Positions 47,479 through 55,112 of a stretch of DNA of 64,000 bases are shown here, in pieces (position 1 is the stretch's first letter; each line of letters starts with the position of its first letter). Position numbers and translations under genes: made by a program. The stretch covers positions 992,001-1,056,000 of the forward strand of contig OZ242318.1 of assembly GCA_965208105.1 (NCBI GenBank), written 5' to 3'. This DNA is from Candidatus Latescibacterota bacterium (lineage in GTDB: Bacteria; Latescibacterota; UBA2968; UBA8231). Under the pieces are notes generated by a model, which was not told the DNA's origin, did no database searches, and saw nothing but the letters and a program-made list of their open reading frames with translations.

Positions 47479-48513
47479 CTACTCCATGTTGCCCATGGCC
47501 TGACGGCGGCGGCGGTTAGCAAGTTCGCGTAAGTCCACAACCACATCAGTTTCATCCACAATCTCCTGTCCAATAAGCTCTTCAAGCACGTCTTCCAAGG
47601 TCACCACACCCTCCAATCCACCTAATTCATCAATCACGACAAACAAATGTTGCCGGAGTTCAAGAAACATGCGCAGAACTCGATCCAACGTCAGCGTCTC
47701 CAGCACGAAGTGCGCAGATCGCGCGAGACTCTGCAGGGAGACATTTTCGCGGTTCTCGGCAACTGCTGATAGAAGATCCTGACGGTGGACGATCCCAACA
47801 ACATCGTCAGCATCTTTATCATCTACTATCGGAATACGAGCATATGATGGCACACCCCTTTGCAGCACCTCATCTACTTTCTGCCGTGCTGGAAGGGAAT
47901 AAATGACCGTGCGCGGTGTCATGATTTCCTGAACTGTTTTCTCTTTCAACGATAGAATGTTCTGAACGGCCCGGCCTCCTTCTGAATCAATGGTACCCGC
48001 ACGTCGCCCCATCTGCACCAATGCTATGAGCTCCTCCGAAGAAACAACATGCTCAACCTTGCCACGAGATATTAGCCGTGTCATAAATTGGCACAGCCAG
48101 ATAAGCGGTGTTTGTGTCCAGATCAAAAGTTGGATGGGATATGCAATCCAGGACACAAGGTGACGGGCATAGACCACGCCAATCGTCTTTGGAACAATCT
48201 CAGAGAACATAAGAATCACGAGGGTAAATACCGCTGAAAAATGCGGCAACCACGGTTCGCCCAAAACATCAGCGGCTGCTGCTCCAGCAAGGGCGGCTCC
48301 AACCGTATGCGCAATTGTGTTAAGAGATAGGATACCCGCGATGGGCGCATCCACATTTTCTCTAAACTTTTTCATTAATCGGCCAGGAGCACTGCCAGAT
48401 TTCGCCAGCGATTCGACATGACCAAGGGGAGCCGAGTACAATGCCGCTTCAAAAAGTGAACACAAAAAAGAAAAGAAAACGGCAAAACTCACAAAGAATA
48501 TCAATTCAAACAT
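47479..48513 (-). CDS. CNNM/DUF21-CBS (HlyC/CorC-like) membrane protein (cassette)
   Basis: SF.CS..EA, LNT..T.GA, SEI.PK, IMTPR, DE.GG..G.VTLEDVLEELIG.EI.DE. Confidence 0.9.
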   Translation of the reverse strand: MFELIFFVSFAVFFSFLCSLFEAALYSAPLGHVESLAKSGSAPGRLMKKFRENVDAPIAGILSLNTIAHTVGAALAGAAAADVLGEPWLPHFSAVFTLVILMFSEIVPKTIGVVYARHLVSWIAYPIQLLIWTQTPLIWLCQFMTRLISRGKVEHVVSSEELIALVQMGRRAGTIDSEGGRAVQNILSLKEKTVQEIMTPRTVIYSLPARQKVDEVLQRGVPSYARIPIVDDKDADDVVGIVHRQDLLSAVAENRENVSLQSLARSAHFVLETLTLDRVLRMFLELRQHLFVVIDELGGLEGVVTLEDVLEELIGQEIVDETDVVVDLRELANRRRRQAMGNME

Positions 48514-48603
48514 CTGATTACCCCCCTTTGCTTAGAAAACCGCAATTTGCTTTTGTGCATGATTTGCCGGTGTGGGGTTGTGGGACAACCTTGCGCCGCT
48601 TTC

Positions 48604-48696
48604 CTGTAACGTCTTACCGATTGCCGAACTCGCCGAAGGCGAGTTGCCGACAGGCCAGGCCGCCAATGCGCCGTAGCGGCGAACGATTTGTTATAT
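48604..48696 (-). repeat. attC-like site 4
   Basis: ctgtaac..aactcgcc-gaa-ggcgagtt..gttatat. Confidence 0.82.
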
Positions 48697-48708
48697 GAAG
48701 TGGGGTCA

Positions 48709-49275
48709 TCACTTGCGTGCGGCCATTCGATCGAACGCACTCGGGCGGACACGATGTGTCCAAGCATCGATAACCGCTGCTGCGTTGGCTTCGACAGGTT
48801 GCGTGGAATCAACTTCCAGATCGTACTCGACGAAACTGTGAACTACCTGAAAGTCCGCTTTCGCCTCGCCAGATCGTCGGTCCCCTCTCTCGCGTTCCCG
48901 CCGCTCTAGCTCTGCAAGCGGACAGTGCACCCCGACAGCGAATACATCGCAATCAGAAAGAAGGCCCACCAGATCTGCCAGCCAAGCCTCGGTCTCGATT
49001 ATGTGGTCAACGATGAGGTTGTTTCCTGCCGCGGCCAAAACTGGAAGACATCGGTGAAACCCGTCGAATACGGCTGGTCGCATTTCTAGCCAGTTGAGTT
49101 CACGATTAAGTATGCGGGACCACGGCAGAGCATTGGAATCGCGCAGATGGTCAAATGAAATATGCCAGAAAGGCGCTTGTAGCGTCTGCTGGAGTTGACG
49201 TGCAAGCGTAGTTTTTCCAGCACTTGATGCGCCGTTGATGAGAATGATCTCGCCCCGGTCTCGATCGCTAGACAT
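48709..49275 (-). CDS. Chloramphenicol phosphotransferase-like kinase (cassette)
   Basis: LINGASSAGKTT, GNNLIVD, VGVHCPL.EL.RRE..RGDR..G.A, YDLEVD. Confidence 0.85.
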   Translation of the reverse strand: MSSDRDRGEIILINGASSAGKTTLARQLQQTLQAPFWHISFDHLRDSNALPWSRILNRELNWLEMRPAVFDGFHRCLPVLAAAGNNLIVDHIIETEAWLADLVGLLSDCDVFAVGVHCPLAELERRERERGDRRSGEAKADFQVVHSFVEYDLEVDSTQPVEANAAAVIDAWTHRVRPSAFDRMAARK

Positions 49276-49318
49276 ATACGCCAAGAGGACGGTTCAGTAG
49301 GTCTTCACACCCGATTTC

Positions 49319-49408
49319 ATATAACGTTGTGCCGGTTTGCGAACCCGCGAAGCGGGTTGCCGGAGGCCAAGGAGCGTTAGCGACGCAGCGCAAACCGTGC
49401 TGTTATGT
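49319..49408 (-). repeat. attC-like site 5
   Basis: atataac..cggtttgcg pairs with cgcaaaccg, extrahelical T; ends gttatgt. Confidence 0.85.
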
Positions 49409-49435
49409 GCTTCAGGCTGACGCGGCGGAGTGGGG

Positions 49436-49627
49436 TTACGAAGCTTTGTGCTCTTTACTAACGGGCCGGCTCTCGCGCCTCTTGGAATGAGACCAGTCTA
49501 TAACCCCGTTGGCATATGCACGCTCTCTTTCGCGGAGCATTTCGCCAAGGCGCTTCACGTCAAAGCTGTGCTCTCGAGCAATATCCTCCTTGGTCTTCCA
49601 CAAGGCGGCTATTACTTCATCCTTCAT
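49436..49627 (-). CDS. Putative antitoxin downstream of the PIN gene
   Basis: TGATG overlap; MKDEVIAALWKTKEDIAREHSFDV..L. Confidence 0.65.
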   Translation of the reverse strand: MKDEVIAALWKTKEDIAREHSFDVKRLGEMLRERERAYANGVIDWSHSKRRESRPVSKEHKAS

Positions 49628-50103
49628 CAGGGTAAGTCTCCTATCATTTCCTGCGGAGTGCCGATCTCCGGACACGGATGCCCATGCTCAGTACAGAGTG
49701 CTCAAACCCGTGGCTTGAGCAGAGCATTGTCAATGTGCTTGAAGTTCCAGGTGAGAAGATAATCGACAGTGTGCACAACCGATAGGGCAATATGGAATGC
49801 GTCATCAGCGGCACTAATGGGTAGCGGACCAGGATGCACGAGCCTACCAGCAAACTCGATAACCTGATCAGACACGGCCAGTAATGGAATACCCTCAAGA
49901 TGCGCCATTCTGCGCTGTGCAGCCTCTGGATCGCCACGGTTGGCTTCCTCTAGCACCAAGGCTGAAGTGCAAAGGTCGAAGTCCTGGCGCTGGTGATTCC
50001 ACCACGACACCGTCACCTCCTGCCAGGCCGCCACCAACGCACTGGGCGATGGCCGCGCTGTCAGGTAACTGACGATCGATGTCTCGATGTAAAGCGACGG
50101 CAT
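49627..50103 (-). pseudogene. PIN-domain toxin with an in-frame TGA at 49702-49704 (cassette)
   Basis: YIETSIVSYL..DAFHIA..LLTWNFKHI; the frame continues past TGA to PEIGTPQEM. Confidence 0.78.
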
Positions 50104-50143
50104 GGGAATAAACCTGAGAATAGATCTGAATTCATCCTATTGC

Positions 50144-50231
50144 ACATAACGTTCTCGCGGGCTGCGAACCTGCCGCAGGCAGGTTTCCTGCGAAGGCCGA
50201 ATGGCCCGAGCCGTGGGTGCTCGTGTTAAGC
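50144..50231 (-). repeat. attC-like site 6
   Basis: acataac..aacctgcc-gca-ggcaggtt..ggcc-gaat-ggcc..gttaagc. Confidence 0.82.
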
Positions 50232-50243
50232 GAAGCGGCAGGC

Positions 50244-51320
50244 TTACCAAGGGCCGATCTGTGCTCTAAATCTGGCCTCTTCCATCGGCGGACCCAGCCC
50301 GAGCATCGAGCATAACCTATCGTAGTGAGCCACGGCCCAACCTCTTCGCCAGTCAGGGAAGGCTTGTCCTTGCCAGTGGACTGATGAGCCAACGAGCTCG
50401 GCCCCCCATGTCAGTGAGGAGAGAGCCCAAGCGTGGTAATCAGCTGCCAGACGATGGAGTCGCTCCCAACAATCGTCTGGAAACGCGCGGTGGGTCTCAT
50501 ATCCATCCTGAAATGCACCGAAATATCGACGGTCCAGACCCAGAATAGAGGCATACAGAAGCGAAATCTCCAACGCGCCATCACAAATCTCAATTGGCCC
50601 GAAGTCAATGCACCCTGATAGACGAAAACCATCCGGCGTCCTGTCCAATATGAAGTGCTCTTCCCACGGTTCCTCACTTGCCAGTCCGGGCGGAAACAGC
50701 GGATCATCCGGCGGACGAGCCAGGTGTCTCTCAGCCCTTGAAAACAAACTCCTTACGTCGAGCTCCAGACTTTCTAGAATTAGACAAACTCTGTCCAGCT
50801 CATGCGCCACTCGCTCGCGACGCCGATCTAGGTGGTAGAGAGGGTCTGAGCGATGGTCATTGACCCTGGCGGATAGTTCAAGATGGTCGGCAGCAGCTAG
50901 AAGCGAACTCCCATCTGCCGTGTGATAACTCGCCATCCCCTCCCCAAGACCACAAAAGAGCTTCAGACGTTCAACTTCATCGACTTCCTGCCAGAGCAGA
51001 TCGAGGCGTTTTCCAGGACACTTTTCCGTAATGAGGTACGACGCGTCCAGCGACAGATCACGTTCGCACCAGGTAATAACCCTTGGCGTCGGAAAAGCTG
51101 GCTCTACCTCCAGGAGTCGATAGTCTTCCTCATCTTCCTTGAAGGCGAGAAACTGGAGAGCGTAGGTATCATCCAAATAGTAGATGACTTTCTCGTTCCC
51201 TCTCCCTTCAGATTCTATCTTGCTCGGATCTGGAATTGAGTGGCGAGCACAGATCTCGGTAATGTCCTCGCGAGTCAGACGCTCTCTAAAATCGTCCTCT
51301 GGCCGCCCTATGCGTTCCAT
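50244..51320 (-). CDS. Aminoglycoside phosphotransferase-like protein (cassette)
   Basis: PTPRV, YLITEK.PG, SGCIDFG; the catalytic HGD region is divergent (SEEPWEEH). Confidence 0.65.
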   Translation of the reverse strand: MERIGRPEDDFRERLTREDITEICARHSIPDPSKIESEGRGNEKVIYYLDDTYALQFLAFKEDEEDYRLLEVEPAFPTPRVITWCERDLSLDASYLITEKCPGKRLDLLWQEVDEVERLKLFCGLGEGMASYHTADGSSLLAAADHLELSARVNDHRSDPLYHLDRRRERVAHELDRVCLILESLELDVRSLFSRAERHLARPPDDPLFPPGLASEEPWEEHFILDRTPDGFRLSGCIDFGPIEICDGALEISLLYASILGLDRRYFGAFQDGYETHRAFPDDCWERLHRLAADYHAWALSSLTWGAELVGSSVHWQGQAFPDWRRGWAVAHYDRLCSMLGLGPPMEEARFRAQIGPW

Positions 51321-51350
51321 CGGCTGACATCCTCTCAAGCCTGCCGTTTC

Positions 51351-51454
51351 GCTTAACATTTACGCCGGTTTGCGAACGCCGAGCTGGCCGAGGCGTTGCC
51401 CGAAGGGCCAAGACGCCCGCAAGGGCGGCGCAGCGCAACACCGTGCTGTTACGC
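51351..51454 (-). repeat. attC-like site 7
   Basis: gcttaac..ccggtttgcg..gccc-gaa-gggc..cgccc-gcaa-gggcg..cgcaacaccgtgct-gttacgc. Confidence 0.85.
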
Positions 51455-51481
51455 GCTGGTCTGTCTCAATCAATCTCGTGG

Positions 51482-52453
51482 TCAATCAAGCTCCTCGATG
51501 TTGCGTCTAATACAATCGAGTACGAGATCAATTCTGGAGTCGGGGAAAGATGCACTTCCCCACGCGTTGATGTAGAGAGACGGCGTTCCAAGACTGAAAA
51601 TATTGCGTGCTGCCGCGAACGCTGGGATTGCCTGCAATTCCCAATCTCTCAGCGGCCGAATCTCCTGGTACCCCTTGAGGAAGGCCTCCGCGTTCTCCTC
51701 GGGTGCCTTCCAGTACATGACCTCCGTGAAGTAGGTCGCGACATCATACACGCGCCAACCCAACCCGCAAAAATCGAAATCCAAAAAGCTCATTGCGCCG
51801 CTTGGGCTTACTTTCGTGTTTGACGCGCTCACGTCACCGTGCAGAAGCCCATAAAACGGCTTCTCCTGCTCCAGGCTGCAAATTCTGGGCTCAAGGATCG
51901 CGCAGACCTCCTTGAGGTAGGCGACGGACTCCGCCCGATGAGGTACTGCCTCCCGGAAAGCCTCAATGGGTCGTTGTACCATCATGTTGAAATCAATGCA
52001 CGGACGGTTGATCGCTGCCTTCATTGAATCGGCAGCCGAGTGTATCCTGGCGATTTGTGAGCCCAACTGCGCAACTGTCTCCACACTGGGTGTCCGGCTG
52101 AGATGATCCCCATGTATGTATGCGAACAATACGCCGTGACGCAGGCCTTCAGGCGCTTCGAGCGCAAGCATTCGGGCATCGTCTTTTGGCCGAATTGGTG
52201 GCCCAACAGACACACCCTCCCTATCAAGGTGTTCAATCAGATCGAGCTCAGACTCGATCTCGGCTGAATTTCGGCTGAGATGTTGATAAACACAGAGAAC
52301 GAAATCACCTTCGGAAGACCACACACGGTAGGTGTCACGAATTGTACCCTTGATCAACTGACAGTGCACCTGAGACAGACGAAATGCGTCCTCGATGATC
52401 TCAGAGAGGGCGTTCGTACATAGAAATGACTTACTGATCGGTAGCGGATTCAC
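51482..52453 (-). CDS. Homoserine kinase type II-like phosphotransferase (cassette)
   Basis: LLHGD...N, FLDFDFCG.GWR.YD.A. Confidence 0.85.
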   Translation of the reverse strand: MNPLPISKSFLCTNALSEIIEDAFRLSQVHCQLIKGTIRDTYRVWSSEGDFVLCVYQHLSRNSAEIESELDLIEHLDREGVSVGPPIRPKDDARMLALEAPEGLRHGVLFAYIHGDHLSRTPSVETVAQLGSQIARIHSAADSMKAAINRPCIDFNMMVQRPIEAFREAVPHRAESVAYLKEVCAILEPRICSLEQEKPFYGLLHGDVSASNTKVSPSGAMSFLDFDFCGLGWRVYDVATYFTEVMYWKAPEENAEAFLKGYQEIRPLRDWELQAIPAFAAARNIFSLGTPSLYINAWGSASFPDSRIDLVLDCIRRNIEELD

Positions 52454-52501
52454 TTCATCAATACTTCACCAATGTCTGATCAACGGCTGGAACGGACTTG
52501 C

Positions 52502-52600
52502 GCGTAACGTTTTCACCGGTTGCGAACGCCGAGCTTGTCGAGGCGTTTCCCGTAGGGACAAGGCGCGCACTCGCCGCAGCGCAACACCGTGCTGTTACCC
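52502..52600 (-). repeat. attC-like site 8
   Basis: gcgtaac..ccggttgcgaacgcc..cgcaacaccgtgct-gttaccc. Confidence 0.85.
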
Positions 52601-52631
52601 GATGGCGGCATCAAGGAGAAAGCTACCGAAC

Positions 52632-53174
52632 TCAAACACCTGGCCGCCCAAACTCAACCGAGGCCGTATCAGTCAGCTCGATCTCGTCACCCAGAGCGTG
52701 TTCTGCAACACGAGACACAACAGAAGCTGAAATATCTTCGAAAGGATACGTGGCGTGAGCATCACGAATAAGCACAACTTCCAGGCTCCGGGTCAAGGCC
52801 CCTCGAATCGTTGCACTGACACACATCTCGGAGAGCAGACCGGCTACCGCAATACGGTTCACACCATTGCGTGTGAGAATTTCTATTAGATCAGTGCCGG
52901 CGAATCCGTCGTCCCCTGTTTTGCGCAACACCAACTCCTCCGGGTTTAGCGCTAACTTCGGATGGATGAACCACCCAGGCGTTCCGGGCTCGTCAAGAGT
53001 ACCCGGTGGACCGTCGTTCTGTAGATGGACCACAAGAGTCCCAGCAGATCTTGCGGCGGCCAATAATGCGACGAGGTGCTCTAGAACCACGGCAGAGTCA
53101 GGGACTGCTCGTTCTCCTTCCAACAATCCTTGCTGCGCATCAACTATGAGTAGGGCTGTGATTGATTTTTTCAT
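52632..53174 (-). CDS. Isochorismatase/cysteine hydrolase (cassette)
   Basis: ALLIVDAQ, K...D.F.GT, G..SEMCV..T.R.A, DAH. Confidence 0.88.
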   Translation of the reverse strand: MKKSITALLIVDAQQGLLEGERAVPDSAVVLEHLVALLAAARSAGTLVVHLQNDGPPGTLDEPGTPGWFIHPKLALNPEELVLRKTGDDGFAGTDLIEILTRNGVNRIAVAGLLSEMCVSATIRGALTRSLEVVLIRDAHATYPFEDISASVVSRVAEHALGDEIELTDTASVEFGRPGV

Positions 53175-53253
53175 GCAAGTCTACCATTCACTGGCCTGGT
53201 CCACCTCCATGAGAAGTATGTCATTTGCAGGCTTTCTCGATCATGCCGCTTTC

Positions 53254-53334
53254 GGGTAACGTTTTCGCCGTGCCCGAACCGCGTAGCGGTTGCGCGAAGG
53301 GCGAAGCCCGAAGCCGGGCACGGACGTGTTATAG
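53254..53334 (-). repeat. attC-like site 9
   Basis: gggtaac..CCGTGCCCG [aaccgc-gta-gcggtt][gggc-gaa-gccc] CGGGCACGG..gttatag. Confidence 0.88.
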
Positions 53335-53380
53335 GATGTGCCAGACGGGGGTAAAGGGGAAACCCTTTCTCCGACACATG

Positions 53381-53944
53381 TCATGCTTCAAGCGACATCC
53401 AATGCCTTCGGCAACTGAACGCCAGTTCATAGAGTGCAGCGAAATCCTGATCGTCATCGGAGAATAGTTCTGCAGCTTTGCTATAAGTGACGGTCCGGAC
53501 TTCAATGATGGAGCTGTCACGATCAGAATCTGACGGAGAGCCAACCCGATCTGCATCTGCGCACGAAACAACTCTCACATGAATGGGGTGGGGAAAATTA
53601 GGTAGCCTGGGTTGGGGTTCTCTTGATGTACAATGGTACATGCCCATCGGATAAACATTGCTCAAGGCTGCACCCGTTTCTTCCATGACCTCTCGATGCG
53701 CAGCCTGCAGCCAGTCCTCTCCAAGTTCCAAGGTGCCCCCAGGCAACACCCACCTACCATTCTCGCGCATGGTCACCAGGCACTCGTTCTCCGAGACAAA
53801 CGGAATTACATATGACGAGCCGCAGCACGAAGCTACGATTTCGGAATCGAAGTTGACGAAATCGATTCCCTCTCCCCTACGACTCTGTAACGCCGGAAAA
53901 TCTCCGGCCAATCTGTCGAAATCGGCCTCAGCCAGAAACTTCAC
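53381..53944 (-). CDS. NUDIX hydrolase (cassette)
   Basis: PGGTLELGEDWLQAAHREVMEETG Nudix box. Confidence 0.88.
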   Translation of the reverse strand: MKFLAEADFDRLAGDFPALQSRRGEGIDFVNFDSEIVASCCGSSYVIPFVSENECLVTMRENGRWVLPGGTLELGEDWLQAAHREVMEETGAALSNVYPMGMYHCTSREPQPRLPNFPHPIHVRVVSCADADRVGSPSDSDRDSSIIEVRTVTYSKAAELFSDDDQDFAALYELAFSCRRHWMSLEA

Positions 53945-53967
53945 ACCATCTCCTCATCTGGCATTTC

Positions 53968-54051
53968 CTATAACGTTATGCCGGTTGCCGAACTCGCGAA
54001 TGCGGTTGCGCGAAGGGCGAACGCCCGGAGCCGGGCACGGACGTGTTATGT
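53968..54051 (-). repeat. attC-like site 10
   Basis: ctataac..gcggttgcgcgaagggcgaacgcccggagccgggcacggacgt-gttatgt; right half nearly identical to site 9. Confidence 0.88.
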
Positions 54052-54080
54052 GTTTTGTGCCCTGCGGTGGGGTGGGTGGG

Positions 54081-54356
54081 CTACTTGAGGGTCAGTTCCA
54101 AACGTCGACCAAGCGCGTGTGTCACCTTGCGCAAAGTCGACAGCTTGATGTCCTCGGCGTGATTCTCCATACGCGATATTGCCGTCTTTTTGGTTCCAAT
54201 GCGCTCGGCAAGTTCATCCTGGGTCAAGCCCGCGGCTTCTCGGGCTTGCCGAAGTAGGACTCCAATCTCGAAATCTCGATAGCCCTCCTCAAATCCTTCG
54301 GCAAAACGAGGATCCGTCTTCTTCCTGCGCGAAATGTATTTCTCCACATCACTCAT
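54081..54356 (-). CDS. XRE-family HTH antitoxin (cassette)
   Basis: AREAAGLTQDELA.RIGTKK.AISRMEN. Confidence 0.88.
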   Translation of the reverse strand: MSDVEKYISRRKKTDPRFAEGFEEGYRDFEIGVLLRQAREAAGLTQDELAERIGTKKTAISRMENHAEDIKLSTLRKVTHALGRRLELTLK

Positions 54357-54716
54357 GACGATGCTCCTCTCTTGCGGCCTAGATATTCTAGCCGATAGCG
54401 CTCAGCTCGACGAATTTCACCTCGGTCGGTCTTAGCGGTCTTCTTGGAATACCCGTGTGTGACAACGAGGTCGCCGCCGTACACAAAAAATGAAAAGAAC
54501 CGATAGGCTCCGCTGGACGTTTTCACCCGGCACTCCCAGATGTCGTCGGTGCCTACTAGCTTCTTGAGATATTGTCTCGGAACGCGGGTCAATTCGTTCG
54601 ATCAAACGAAAGACCCACAATACCTTCTGAGCATCACTCCCGTCGAGCCTGTCGAGAAACTCCCGAACAGGACATCTGCTGTCCTTCGTACGGTAGAATT
54701 CAATGGATCTGCCCAC
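54353..54716 (-). pseudogene. RelE/HigB (Gp49-like) toxin with a frameshift near 54590
   Basis: IEFY..CPV.EFL..KVLW in one frame and KKL.GT..IWE.RV..THG..KKT in another. Confidence 0.8.
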
Positions 54717-54722
54717 GCATTT

Positions 54723-54751
54723 ATGTTAACACGCACGTTAACCTAAGTCAA
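54723..54751 (-). promoter_or_regulatory. TA cassette promoter with operator
   Basis: Minus strand TTGACT-17 nt-TAACAT overlapping GTTAAC-N6-GTTAAC. Confidence 0.7.
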
Positions 54752-54764
54752 CAGGGCACATTGC

Positions 54765-54810
54765 ACATAACGCTTTGCCGGTTTGCGAACCATTGGTTCG
54801 CATAACGGCC
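54765..54810 (-). repeat. attC-like half site 11 (only the GTT/R' arm, closed by a short palindrome)
   Basis: acataac gctttgccggtttgcgaacc-att-ggttcgca; no distal GTT. Confidence 0.65.
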
Positions 54811-55112
54811 GCCAAGTCCTGCTTATCTGAAACGAAGGTACCTATTGCGGAGAGCAGTCGCAACTAAAGTCCTCAAGACCGTATTTTCTCTTAACTCCTT
54901 GATATAATTTGAAATAAACCGATTTTCAACAATTCCGCTCCGCGCGGCGGCGAGCGATCCATCAGGGACCCTCCTTTTCCCTTGCGAAGGTTCTCTGCGA
55001 ATTGCATAGTACCAGTATCGGTCCCTTATGTTCCCGTTCATCCAGACAGGTTCGGGTATTTCGCGAAGTTATCAAAGCGGGATAAACCTGCATTTCCCAA
55101 GGAGGTCGGGCC

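Larger units (their letters stand above)
45074..54810 (-). mobile_element. Gene-cassette array with atypical attC-like sites, no integrase in window (CALIN-like), segment 1
   Basis: 11 co-oriented minus-strand units separated by homologous AAC...GTT hairpin sites; the two ends of each cassette are complementary. Confidence 0.85.

Noticed and set aside
49702-49704. TGA recoding (selenocysteine or alternative genetic code)
   Set aside because: TGA terminates many intact genes here; a CGA-to-TGA nonsense change is the simpler explanation.
45768-54810. CRISPR array interpretation of the periodic repeats
   Set aside because: Repeats are 80-105 bp and divergent, the intervening segments are whole genes, and no cas genes are visible.
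54810-55112. Integron integrase, attI or Pc upstream of array segment 1
   Set aside because: No tyrosine recombinase ORF and no recognisable attI; only an AT-rich intergenic stretch.
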